DNA of 64,000 nucleotides from a virus, in IMG/VR virus record IMGVR_UViG_3300042691_037641, positions 3,931-67,930 of that record. One strand, 5' to 3'. Made by a program: the position numbers and the translations under genes. Below, piece after piece: positions 54,301 through 61,720 of this stretch. Below the pieces are notes generated by a model. The model saw only the letters and a program-made list of their open reading frames with translations. It was not told the origin of the DNA and made no database searches. How positions within the stretch are numbered: position 1 is the stretch's first letter; each line of letters begins with the position of its first letter.

Positions 54301-55541
54301 CAAGTTTCAATACAAAATGGAGTTGAAGTTGGAGTGGGTGTGTTTGTTGGTGTTTCAGTATTGGTTGGGGTTACTGTTTCAGTTGGTGTTTCCGTATTTG
54401 TAGGGGTAACAGTATTAGTCGGAGTTTCCGTATTTGTAGGTGTAACAGTATTAGTCGGAGTTTCAGTAGTTGTTGGAGTTACTGTTTCAGTAGGGGTATT
54501 AGTCGGAGTTTCAGTAGTTGTTGGAGTCACCGTTTCAGTAGGTGTTACTGTATTGGTTGGTGTTTCAGTAGTTGTTGGAGTGACGGTATTTGTAGGGGTT
54601 TCAGTATTTGTGGGGGTTACTGTTTCAGTTGGAGTATTCGTAGGTGTTTCTGTATTTGTAGGAGTGACAGTATTAGTCGGAGTTTCAGTATTTGTAGGGG
54701 TTATGGTAATAGTTGGAGTTATAGTACTAGTTGGAGTTGGTGTTTCAGTCGGAGTATTAGTAGGGGTTTCAGTATTTGTGGCAGTTATGGTGGGGGTAAT
54801 TGTATTCGTAGGTGTTTGAGTATTAGTAGGAGTTGGAGTTGGAGTAGCGCATTGACCATTGATACAAGAACCTAAATTTGCAACTTGAACCGCGGTATTT
54901 GCGGTGAACCCACTATTTTCTAAACAAACCCTGAGAGGTCTTGACAATGACACTAATTCAACCTCAACCACACCACCTGAACCACATTTGGTGTAAAAAA
55001 CCGGATATGAGTCTCCTAAAACTGTAAATAAGAAACATTCGCAAGTAACAGGCGATACTGTAGGAGTAACAGTTAACGTAGGTGTTACAGTGTTAGTTAC
55101 CGTAGATGTATTTGTGGGGGTTACAGTGTTTGTAGGTGTTTCTGTATTAGTTGGAGTATTAGTCGGAGTTATGGTTGCTGTTTCAGTTGTTGTGTTTGTA
55201 GGAGTTAAAGTATTAGTTGAAGTTATTGTATTTGTTGGAGTAACAGTATTAGTTGGTGTTTCCGTATTAGTTGGAGTTACAGTTACGGTTTCAGTAGGGG
55301 TGTTTGTTGGTGTTTGAGTCTGTGTTGGAGTTGGAGTATTGGATGGTGCTGGCAAAGTGAAATTACAACAAATATCAAATGATGTAAAACAAACCTGATA
55401 TTCACCATATACATACTCATTTACATAATAAAAAGGTATTAACTGAATACCAACCGAAATGGTACCACCAGTTTGAGGGTAAAACGTGATATCCCCAAGT
55501 TGACCTGTGTAATTTATTGATTCTATGAGTACTGTTGGCAT
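45318..55541 (-). CDS. Giant mucin-like modular protein: five paralogous putative beta-propellers, an Asp-box propeller, Cys-rich modules and (TPTNTx)n linkers
   Basis: Uninterrupted 3407-aa ORF with repeated modules visible in the translation. No signal peptide or TM segment. Confidence 0.85.
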   Translation of the reverse strand: MPTVLIESINYTGQLGDITFYPQTGGTISVGIQLIPFYYVNEYVYGEYQVCFTSFDICCNFTLPAPSNTPTPTQTQTPTNTPTETVTVTPTNTETPTNTVTPTNTITSTNTLTPTNTTTETATITPTNTPTNTETPTNTVTPTNTSTVTNTVTPTLTVTPTVSPVTCECFLFTVLGDSYPVFYTKCGSGGVVEVELVSLSRPLRVCLENSGFTANTAVQVANLGSCINGQCATPTPTPTNTQTPTNTITPTITATNTETPTNTPTETPTPTSTITPTITITPTNTETPTNTVTPTNTETPTNTPTETVTPTNTETPTNTVTPTTTETPTNTVTPTETVTPTTTETPTNTPTETVTPTTTETPTNTVTPTNTETPTNTVTPTNTETPTETVTPTNTETPTNTPTPTSTPFCIETCDALYIDSRSFVFAYNNVTQTSTLVPIPGTPFNDIAHSSTKLFISSSNRIRRYNFSICPFSVTFLDEITRINLGDALFAIDDNTLIITNTSDPSQEVVQELNFAANTVTVKFPLELGWLVRGDFILTTTNKLIVSMYRGLNNYILQYDYSTGVREVLFQVTQIIAGFFEFGGSIYAVDTSGFIYLATLDSPWGLSTTAFNQLTYTGAVKGTTQLLSCLPINFNQVTPTPTPTQTATPTPTNTETPTNTPTPTNTETPTNTVTPTNTETPTNTPTNTETPTNTVTPTVTETPTNTVTPTNTETPTNTITPTNTETPTNTITPTNTETPTNTVTPTNTETPTNTVTPTNTETPTNTVTPTITPTNTETPTNTPTVTPTKTYYPPSIRWFSGCCFPYPIFEVFTIPGEIAVTIITGDTLYVDSIGFVGCAEVIEQTEAPNAYLYVGFTAQTSCSGCSENYPCPSLTPTPTNTVTPTITVTPTNTQTPTVTETPTNTETPTNTVTPTNTETPTNTVTPTTTETPTNTVTPTTTETPTNTVTPTTTETPTNTVTPTNTETPTNTVTPSVTETPTNTVTPTNTETPTNTVTPTNTETPTNTVTPTNTETPTETPTNTVTPTPTETLCCTSWELVGGFGAQIDNGFVIKPPLRVGDDFAFIPTNVPSPIVLVGQVLELISVNPSLPPQYFTILTATFSPINSSYILTFTPSLTIDLGSIFNSIIYNIYESSTLFRVFDCDGTTYPVNLNLGETSTVICSYNVEVVSGFGTATPDPACVCATRTPTPTPTPTITPTESVTPTNTETPTNTPTPTVTETPTNTVTETPTPTNTETPTNTVTPTNTETPTNTVTPTNTETPTNTPTNTPTNTPTSTVTPTITPTNTETPTNTPTNTQTPSITPTTTTYYCYPIAFGNSQLPATLSVAMTTNSGQNWQIVYDFPTININDVTNMTRGYLNGESVYVFVNNSNVHYSYNGQIWYIISTSLTLTDSIQLSFGRDVSDNYIWQLFGYDGVSYSMYYSYDLTSWTQSNIYNPAVDGWANSSNNLKNDTLVYGWDNNFNHLWIQCFQPLLGGYNQVISYDGINWSGITAGSNSPRISFGNGVWVKSTSDTSTTPVSYSYDGINWSLSTLVLSEIRIVRCVNFGQNNFVIGFESIDDLYYSNDGINWTQSNLVSFDISSTIEQVQYDGINNIWYGVQSSVETPFAFYSLNDGVTWFATSTPDTLLSPEDVDTCWVQLPTPIQTRTTTPTPTQTSTITPSNTETPTNTPTVTVTPTVTETLTSTPTSTQSVCIDNCDLLYWGSNNLYFYDISGNVRYLLPITNPGWVVGGLAHTSTKLWLSRQPVTSREIKEYDLTLCNYSISPVIRTINLPWNSSFGLFAIDNNTLLLGRRNTSVTQDEVFELNISVTPPIPTFKFSLPTFRRIEDIVLTTNNKVLIISGFQSAPTEIMWLSQFDYSSSSSIPEVDISLPNITGGWTGIFQSGGNLYITSDATGEYYQVGLSEPYTLTLAGSVLGGVTDMSQLAECITLSLQLPTPSPTPTNTQTPTLTPTVTETPTNTVTPTNTITPTITETPTNTVTPTQTITSTPTNTETPTNTVTPTNTITPTNTETPTNTVTPTNTVTPTITPTNTETPTNTPTVTPTKTYYPPAQLWFSGCCFPYQIFELFTIPGEIASTITTGDTLYVDSIGFVGCAEVIEQTEAPNAYLYVGLTAQTSCSGCSENYPCPSLTPTPTNTQTPTNTQTPTVTETPTSTVTPTNTQTPTNTQTPTVTETPTNTVTPTNTQTSTTTITPTNTQTSTTTITPTSTETPTNTPTSTETPTNTPTPTVTPTSNNCNCFTFFNTSTSQTGTVNYTDCNGISSSLNVSNGDYASVCLRNSAYTTSAQITVVYYNGDCSVSCPVVSRQSCDVFTLGFSNRIIYNYDPITNTAFPLPITLGASSIVDIATNDSYLWVLGTFATTFLLKEFVFTNNPFTISFSRDILFTGSTSPSTLTSNGLAVIDNNNLVSSTGASQNSIVNINISSNNAVITHLFSLLPSGRALRGDLIYTNTGKFIMHTYTGGTSPQSYFSQYDSSGNLELDFVFGNAGNGYSFYIYNDSIYVAFCDSTAKTRRFFNLEFPYSSTLLSDMPITNNGMAQPLVCLDVNFIKVTPTPTNTPTNTPTPTVTSTTTQTPTNTSTQTPTNTSTQTPTNTPTNTQTPTNTTTQTPTNTQTPTNTTTQTPTNTTTQTPTNTTTQTPTNTLTPTNTRTQTPTNTLTPTNTSTQTPTNTSTQTPTNTQTPTNTRTQTPTNTQTPTNTTTQTPTVTITPSQTSNLSACTCYNFFNNTTSSGSVEYYDCNGVFNNVTITGASYAQLCVLGDPTSPQYTATTQIGVIYQLGDCTVSCPSLNFDACTTFYLSRPQITGISSLVYSYDFSTNISIPIPISRNSDNQPDGLANTSNKMWIWGVTGGTGVILEYNITLSPFTSTYFRTIPSPPGTFATNNGLFAIDDSTLLLFSGTGASRSVITLNTNTGVRTKLFDLFNSNRRESNDLILTQTGKIITCTYDNVLLRNYITQYDLSGNVEVDIQYAPPSGGPSTNPQGFSIFINSGNFYIVPSSSINGQIVQVNLSSPYSFSLVSSKSLITIVRDMSQSPQCIDVEFIPTTPTPTPTNTQTPTITSTMTVTPTNTATITLTRSVTPTITVTPTTTVTLTRSVTPTMSVTPTTTVTLTRSVTPTMSVTPTRTSTQTPTMSITPTTTITPTITNTPTSTSVDLSEYSLPFMVGTTGSSVGVLSRYNVSTNTFQILNLSISFYNTDVACTTSKLWLSSAGSGAVIREYNYIANPFSASTIQRTLNVGFTIGQGLAVRSSGGVDYLIVNSGSTTSTIIELNISATTAIPTVKFTLPNTYLVLPDMIYTNTGKLIISAYSGGVQNNRVIIQYDYATGVEELRFVPSSQNLALFTSGSTMYGMQNNIQNIKGVNSFSLNSPYTITPLSSAPLLYNINGVAQPPETININFNPP
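46154..46274. repeat. 54-nt coding tandem repeat (2 exact copies plus a degenerate third)
   Basis: TTGTTGGTGTTACTGACATAGTCGGTGTTACACTTCTAGTTAATGTAACAGTTG repeated, encoding TVTLTRSVTPTMSVTPTT. Confidence 0.8.
49141..49460. repeat. Dispersed coding repeat of the CC module (other copies at about 52921-53240, 56390-56700 and, diverged, 57575-57870)
   Basis: Long identical stretches such as GGGCAAGGATAATTTTCTGAACATCCTGAGCAACTAGTTTG and CCTACAAAACCAATTGAATCAACATAAAGTGTATC occur in three places. Confidence 0.9.
52663..52770. repeat. 36-nt coding tandem repeat x3
   Basis: GTATTAGTCGGAGTTTCAGTAGTTGTTGGAGTTAC(G/A) three times, encoding [12 protein letters not shown]. Confidence 0.85.
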
Positions 55542-55554
55542 CCTACTATATATA

Positions 55555-58500
55555 TTAACATCCTGGTGTTACAATACCCAAAGAATTTAAAGTGGAGATA
55601 ATCAAATTATAATAATATGATGGAGTATCTCCGTTGTTTATACCTAATTGGTAATTGAAATTTGTTAAATAATAATCACTTACATTGTTAGGTGGTGAGT
55701 AGATACCGGCGTCTACAAAAGTTGTTTGTACTAAGGTTTGGAATGTAGGATATAATTCGTTATTTACTGCGAAAACGACCCCCTTAAATCCGTATGTTAA
55801 AGATGGTAATAAACTTCTCAAATTTGCGGTATCTATTGCATATTCTGAATCTATTGGAGGAATTGATGGGTCAAAGTTATTACCACTTGTATAAACACCC
55901 GAGCTTTCATCTTGGAATATTAAGTTTATCACTAAACTAACATCGGTATCTACTAATCTATTGAAATTTCTTGGAGTTGCTAAACACTTTACAAATCTTT
56001 CGTTATAATTCCATGAACCAGGAGTATTCATCTCCAGTATTTTTACTCTTTCATTATAAAGAACAGGGTCATTGTTATAAACTCCTATTAAACAAGTCTC
56101 AAATTGACCACCAGGTGCAACCATAACTTCTAAAGGATTTTTTGTAGAATCCATAGAACCTGAGTTATCAAACCAAATATTAATTTCAGTATTTGCATTT
56201 ATTGATTCAGTACTTATAAATGTTACCACTAAATCACATGGTGGCGGTGATGTTTTTGATGGAGTTATTGTTGGAGTCTCAGTAGGAGTTTGAGTATTTG
56301 TAGGGGTTACAGTTGAAGTTGGTGTTTCAGTTACCGTTGGGGTTTGAGTCTCGGTAGGGGTCTGAGTATTTGTTGGAGTTGGAGTTAAACTCGGGCAAGG
56401 ATAATTTTCTGAACATCCTGAGCAACTAGTTTGGGCAGTAAATCCTACATATAAATAAGCGTTAGGGGCTTCTGTCTGTTCTATAACTTCAGCGCACCCT
56501 ACAAAACCAATTGAATCAACATAAAGTGTATCACCTGTTGTTATCGTTACAGCAATCTCACCAGGAATTGTAAATACTTCGAATATTGGGTATGGGAAGC
56601 AACATCCGCTAAACCATCTTATTGCTGGAGGATAATAAGTTTTAGTTGGAGTTACAGTTGGTGTATTAGTAGGAGTTTCGGTATTTGTTGGGGTGATAGT
56701 TGGAGTTACAGTGTTTGTAGGTGTTTGAGTCGTGGTTGTAGTATTAGTTGGGGTATTCGTTGGGGTTCTAGTAATACTTGGAGTTGGACCACAGTCAAAA
56801 ATATATGTGTATCCTGACTCACCACAATCTTGACAAAATATACCCGAAGGAGTTATGGTGGGAGTTACAGATGGAGTGACTGTATTAGTTGGGGTGATTG
56901 TTGCTGTCGGAGTAATTGTTGGGGTGTTAGTTGGTGTTTCAGTATTAGTTGGTGTGACTGTATTAGTTGGTGTGACTGTAGGGCTGTTAGTTGGTGTTTG
57001 ACTATTAGTCGGAGTTACCGTAGGTGTTACGGTCGGCGTTCTAGTTACTGAAGGAGATGGGCCACAATCAAAAATATAGGTATAACCTGATTCACTACAA
57101 TCAATACAAATTAAAGGTGATGGTGTTACTGTCGGGGTATTTGTGGGTGTTACTGTCGGGGTATTTGTGGGTGTTTCGGTATTTGTAGGGGTTGGACTTT
57201 CAGTAGGGGTTACTGTATTTGTTGGGGTTTCAGTATTAGTTGGTGTAACGGTGTTAGTTGGAGTTTCACTATTTGTTGGAGTAACAGTACTTGTTGGAGT
57301 TTCACTATTTGTTGGAGTGTTAGTTAACGTTTCAGTTACGGTTGGAGTATTTGTTGAAGTTTCAGTCGAGGTAATGGTTGGTGTATTAGTTGGAGTTTCT
57401 GTTACAGTAGGAGTGTTGGTTGATGTTTCAGTATTAGTTGGAGTAATGGTATTAGTTGGTGTTACAGTATTTGTAGGAGTTTCTGTGTTAGTTGGTGTTA
57501 CAGTATTTGTAGGAGTAACGGTATTTGTAGGAGTTTCTGTTGGGGTTACGGTAGATGTTGGAGTAGGAGTTAGACTTGGGCAAGGATTTGTTGAAGAGCA
57601 GGACTCACAGTCAAACTCAGGGGTTATATTTGTAAATAAATAACTTGGAACAAACCCTACTTCATTGATACTTGTTACACACCCCACAAACCCCTCAGTT
57701 TCAATAAAATAGACATCGCCAGGTATTATATTTACAGCAATTTCACCAGGAATATTGAAAACTTCAAAAACTTGATAAGGGAAGCAACATCCGCTAAACC
57801 ATCTTATTGCTGGAGGATAATAAGTTTTAGTTGGAGTTACGGTCGGAGTATTAGTCGGGGTTTCGGTATTTGTTGGTGTTGGTGTATTAGTCGGGGTTTC
57901 TGTTGTTGTAGGAGTTGGTGTTGGAGTAGGACAAAAACCATCAATACAAGAGCCAAAACTGGACACAACAATAGAGCCGCCTATTGTATAAATTTCATTT
58001 GAAACACAGACTCTGATTGATGACTGAGGTCCTGAGCTATTTAAAAATATAGGTCCGACCTGTATTTGATTACAGTCGGTATATGTTACAATACCAGACC
58101 CACCAACAGCAGTGAAAAGAAAACAGTTACATTGATATGAAGTTGGTGTTAACGTTGGAGTTGGAGTGTTAGTTGGTGTTTCAGTTACAGTTGGAGTGTT
58201 AGTTGAAGTTTCGGTCGGAGTATTAGTCGGAGTGTTGGTAGAAGTTTTAGTTGGTGTATTGGTAGGTGTTTCAGTATTAGTTGGTGTGACTGTATTAGTC
58301 GGAGTAGCAGTCTCTGTTGTTGTAGGAGTTTGTGTATTTGTAGGAGTTGGACTTTCACCTGGTGTTGGGCTCGATGTGTTAGTAGGTGTTTCAGTTGGAG
58401 TAACTGTATTAGTAGGTGTATTTGTTGAGGTATTGGTCGGGGTTATTGTTTGAGTATTTGTTTGTGTCTGAGTATTGGTTGGGGTTGCGGTTTCAGTGGT

Positions 58501-60096
58501 TGTGGGTGTGTTTGTTGATGTATTAGTTGGAGTTATCGTTTGTGTATTAGTTGGAGTTACAGTCCTTGTATTTGTAGGAGTATTAGTTGGAGTTACGGTA
58601 TTTGTAGGTGTTGCTGACTCAGTGGTGGTGGGGGTTGGTGTTACCGTAGGTGTTGCGGACTCGGTCGTTGTATTTGTAGGAGTTACTGTATTTGTAGGCG
58701 TATTAGTTGGAGTTTGAGTCGGACTTTCAATAGGGGTGGTTGTAGGAGTTACTGTATTTGTGGGAGTGTTAGTTGGGGTTACGGTATTTGTTGCCGTTCT
58801 TGTTGCAAATGCTGTTGGTGTTGTTGTATTTGTTGGAGTTATAGTTGGGGTTACTGTTGGTGTTTGAGTTGGTGTAGAGGTATTTGTTGGTGTAATAGTG
58901 GTAGTCGCGGTAGGTGTTTTGGTTTGAGTAGGAGTTGGAGTGTTACTAGGTAAAACACAGTCACCATTTTGACCACAATTGATATTATCTGTGGTAAAAT
59001 AAGAATGAATTACATCATTTTTATTATTATATGACTCATTGTTTTGGGAATAGGATATTAAAACGTAAATCCCCAAAGTAGTAAAAGACTCTGAAGCATT
59101 GATACATAAAGCGACCCAACCTGACGTTGTGACATTTACCCTTGTCAAACCTTCAAGACAACTAACATATAAAATTGTTACAACACCATCATTACTTGGG
59201 TCAGTATTACCAAAAGAGTTGTCAATGTCTGTTTGTGAAACATATACAAAATAACAAAAGCAACCGTTATTTGTTGGAGTTGGAGTGGGGGTTGGTGTAG
59301 GTGTATTACTTGGAAGTATACAATCACCATTTACTGCACATGATGAATTATCTGAAAAGAAAGTACTACTTACAAATAAAGGGTCTACTAAATTACTATA
59401 ATTTTCATCATCCTGTGTGTATGATATTAAAACATTTATGTTGAAAGTTTCACTTGTTTCGGAAGCTTTATTACAAATGTTATAAATTCCGGATGATGTT
59501 ATTGCGCTAGTGATAACCCCTTCAATACAGTCGTAATATACTACATTTACTACACCATCTAAATTACTATCAGTGTTTCCTGAGGCGCTTTGAATGTCAT
59601 TTTCTGTAATAGTAACAAAATAACAGAAACAACCATTTCCTGTCTGAGTTGGGGTCATGGTTGCTGTTTGGGTTACTGTAGGAGTATTAGTTGGTGTTTC
59701 AGTTGGTGTTTGAGTTACTGTTCGAGTATTGGTTGGTGTTTGAGTTACTGTTTGAGTATTTGTTGGTGTTTGAGTGACAGTTGGAGTTGGAGTGTTAGTT
59801 AAAGAAGTTGGGGAATTGGTTGGAGTTATTGTTGGTGTAATTGTATTAGTTGGGGTAGGGCTGGCGATTATATCACATAATACCGTTTCAAATCTTTCAC
59901 AACCATCAGATGTAACAATTTTAACACCTACTGCAGATACTTCATCAAATACTGATGGTACGGTAATAGTTATAGATGGCGGTACGAAATCAACCACCTG
60001 TAAAACCTCAATACAATCACCACCTAATACGTCACATATATATACAATAAAAGGAGGGTTTACTCCTGTTATGTTATATAGTGTAATAGTCCTCAT
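55555..60096 (-). CDS. Mucin-like modular protein with Cys-rich modules and a C-terminal vWA-like domain
   Basis: 1513 aa. Thr-Pro linkers, duplicated GCFCYFV module, two CC modules, two [17 protein letters not shown] motifs, and [11 protein letters not shown] (DxSxS). Confidence 0.85.
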   Translation of the reverse strand: MRTITLYNITGVNPPFIVYICDVLGGDCIEVLQVVDFVPPSITITVPSVFDEVSAVGVKIVTSDGCERFETVLCDIIASPTPTNTITPTITPTNSPTSLTNTPTPTVTQTPTNTQTVTQTPTNTRTVTQTPTETPTNTPTVTQTATMTPTQTGNGCFCYFVTITENDIQSASGNTDSNLDGVVNVVYYDCIEGVITSAITSSGIYNICNKASETSETFNINVLISYTQDDENYSNLVDPLFVSSTFFSDNSSCAVNGDCILPSNTPTPTPTPTPTNNGCFCYFVYVSQTDIDNSFGNTDPSNDGVVTILYVSCLEGLTRVNVTTSGWVALCINASESFTTLGIYVLISYSQNNESYNNKNDVIHSYFTTDNINCGQNGDCVLPSNTPTPTQTKTPTATTTITPTNTSTPTQTPTVTPTITPTNTTTPTAFATRTATNTVTPTNTPTNTVTPTTTPIESPTQTPTNTPTNTVTPTNTTTESATPTVTPTPTTTESATPTNTVTPTNTPTNTRTVTPTNTQTITPTNTSTNTPTTTETATPTNTQTQTNTQTITPTNTSTNTPTNTVTPTETPTNTSSPTPGESPTPTNTQTPTTTETATPTNTVTPTNTETPTNTPTKTSTNTPTNTPTETSTNTPTVTETPTNTPTPTLTPTSYQCNCFLFTAVGGSGIVTYTDCNQIQVGPIFLNSSGPQSSIRVCVSNEIYTIGGSIVVSSFGSCIDGFCPTPTPTPTTTETPTNTPTPTNTETPTNTPTVTPTKTYYPPAIRWFSGCCFPYQVFEVFNIPGEIAVNIIPGDVYFIETEGFVGCVTSINEVGFVPSYLFTNITPEFDCESCSSTNPCPSLTPTPTSTVTPTETPTNTVTPTNTVTPTNTETPTNTVTPTNTITPTNTETSTNTPTVTETPTNTPTITSTETSTNTPTVTETLTNTPTNSETPTSTVTPTNSETPTNTVTPTNTETPTNTVTPTESPTPTNTETPTNTPTVTPTNTPTVTPSPLICIDCSESGYTYIFDCGPSPSVTRTPTVTPTVTPTNSQTPTNSPTVTPTNTVTPTNTETPTNTPTITPTATITPTNTVTPSVTPTITPSGIFCQDCGESGYTYIFDCGPTPSITRTPTNTPTNTTTTTQTPTNTVTPTITPTNTETPTNTPTVTPTKTYYPPAIRWFSGCCFPYPIFEVFTIPGEIAVTITTGDTLYVDSIGFVGCAEVIEQTEAPNAYLYVGFTAQTSCSGCSENYPCPSLTPTPTNTQTPTETQTPTVTETPTSTVTPTNTQTPTETPTITPSKTSPPPCDLVVTFISTESINANTEINIWFDNSGSMDSTKNPLEVMVAPGGQFETCLIGVYNNDPVLYNERVKILEMNTPGSWNYNERFVKCLATPRNFNRLVDTDVSLVINLIFQDESSGVYTSGNNFDPSIPPIDSEYAIDTANLRSLLPSLTYGFKGVVFAVNNELYPTFQTLVQTTFVDAGIYSPPNNVSDYYLTNFNYQLGINNGDTPSYYYNLIISTLNSLGIVTPGC

Positions 60097-60117
60097 TAGT
60101 TTTTAACCAAGTTTTTT

Positions 60118-60125
60118 TATAAATA
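60118..60125 (-). promoter_or_regulatory. TATTTATA motif on the minus strand, putative late promoter
   Basis: 21 nt upstream of start 60096. Confidence 0.5.
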
Positions 60126-60159
60126 ATTAATTCATTGTTTTTGTATTGGTTTATTTATT

Positions 60160-61719
60160 CTAATAACATTGTGAACATGAATAATTACTTATTATTCCTC
60201 CACCAAAAGATACCATAGTTGGAGTTAGAGCCCCTCCTGATGAGGAAAGAGCTTTGATATATTGGAATGCGGATATCGGTGTGGTACATGTTGAGTTCAC
60301 GTATAATATAGAGCCAGGTACTAAAGAGTCACTTGGAGAATACATTGTTGTATTTGTAGGTTCTGGGTATAGAGGTGATACGTTTGGATGGTAACATATA
60401 TTACAAGGACCTGTTGATACAATAACAGTGTGAGGTTTACATGCTTGAACCTGAGGAGCCCTTGTTGGTGTTGGAGTTCGTGTAGGTGTTGGACTGTTTG
60501 AGGGTGCCGGAGGATTTGTTGATGGTGAATTTGTTAAACATTTACTACAATCAGAGAAAATCAAATTTACAACAGATGGGAATTGGTTAGTGTTGAACAC
60601 ATAAGTCTCAAAGTTAGGGTTCATTGTTTGACAGAATGTGCTTATCATATGTAAACTCCAACAAGTATCTCTATAAGCACCTGTAGGACCTACACGGAAT
60701 ACTTGATTTACTAATAATCCCTCAATCGCAGGAATAGGTTGACATATTCTCACGTTAGTACCACATTGTTGATATGTATAATACAAAATAGTTTTGGTTT
60801 TAGTTGGGGTTGGAGTGTTCGAAGCTGCCGGTGGTTCAGGTTTATTTGAAGTTGATGTTAATGTAATTGTTGGGGTTATTGAAGGTGTTGGTGTTGGAGT
60901 TGGTGTTAAAACTTCTAAACAACTTGAACATTGACCCAAATTAGAATATCCTATTAGATTTGAAATAAAAGAAATTGTACTAGCACCGATTATGTTTGAA
61001 TTTACACCAACATAAGATATACATCTTCTTACCCCATCAACAATGGATTGATAAATCATAAATTGCTCTAAACTTCCGCCTTCAGGTCTATCAACCGAGG
61101 TAGATGAATAATACTTGGCGCCATTGAAACAGTCTTGAAATTCTACCGCAAAAGGACAATCAATTGTTGAGTTTATAGTATTAAAAGTAACATCCCCCAT
61201 AAAACCACAATCTCGAGTAATTTGTCGTGAAGCTGTAGGTGTAAAAGTTGGAGTAACCGTTGGAGTTGGGGTGTATGATTGAATACTTGCATCAACATAT
61301 AAAGGGCATAATGATGTTGAGGTCGGACTAGGAGTCATCGTAGGGGTGGATGTCATTGTTGGAGTTTGAGTTGGGGTAATCTCAACTTCACAATCGAAGA
61401 AGGCTTCAAAATCTATGATTTCACATGGATTGACAGGTGGAGGCTCAGGTGGAGGACAACCACCTCTAATCAAATAATCATCGCATAAATCAGGACAGTT
61501 ACTTGTACAAGGATATCTCCCGCTTAAATAACAAGGACCATCTATATAATCAGATAAACACCAGTAACCACCGGCATTAAAAAAAATGACATTATTAGTT
61601 GTTTGACCAAAATAAAATGAGTTATCATTAAACGACCCAGGTTGAAGTATATAGGTATCATCTAAGTTAGGAATACCTGTATCGTGAATGCATAGTGTTG
61701 AATATAAACAAGTTGGCAT
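60160..61719 (-). CDS. Cys-rich modular protein with Thr-Pro linkers
   Basis: 519 aa. Several small Cys domains separated by TPTPT linkers. Confidence 0.8.
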   Translation of the reverse strand: MPTCLYSTLCIHDTGIPNLDDTYILQPGSFNDNSFYFGQTTNNVIFFNAGGYWCLSDYIDGPCYLSGRYPCTSNCPDLCDDYLIRGGCPPPEPPPVNPCEIIDFEAFFDCEVEITPTQTPTMTSTPTMTPSPTSTSLCPLYVDASIQSYTPTPTVTPTFTPTASRQITRDCGFMGDVTFNTINSTIDCPFAVEFQDCFNGAKYYSSTSVDRPEGGSLEQFMIYQSIVDGVRRCISYVGVNSNIIGASTISFISNLIGYSNLGQCSSCLEVLTPTPTPTPSITPTITLTSTSNKPEPPAASNTPTPTKTKTILYYTYQQCGTNVRICQPIPAIEGLLVNQVFRVGPTGAYRDTCWSLHMISTFCQTMNPNFETYVFNTNQFPSVVNLIFSDCSKCLTNSPSTNPPAPSNSPTPTRTPTPTRAPQVQACKPHTVIVSTGPCNICYHPNVSPLYPEPTNTTMYSPSDSLVPGSILYVNSTCTTPISAFQYIKALSSSGGALTPTMVSFGGGIISNYSCSQCY

Positions 61720-61720
61720 A

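Noticed and set aside
49141-57825. Near-identical dispersed repeats as a possible diversity-generating retroelement TR/VR pair
   Set aside because: All copies are in-frame internal coding modules, differences are largely synonymous and not confined to adenines, and there is no reverse transcriptase in the window.
46070-59860. Short periodic DNA repeats as a CRISPR array
   Set aside because: No constant repeat with unique spacers. Periods are multiples of 3 inside ORFs and there are no cas genes. The nuclease at 62927 lacks the Cas4 Fe-S cysteine cluster.
45991-60106. Many plus-strand ORFs of Val-Gly-Val repeats or Cys/Trp/Ser-rich text
   Set aside because: They are antisense shadows of the Thr-Pro codons (ACN/CCN) in the giant minus-strand genes and have no independent start context.
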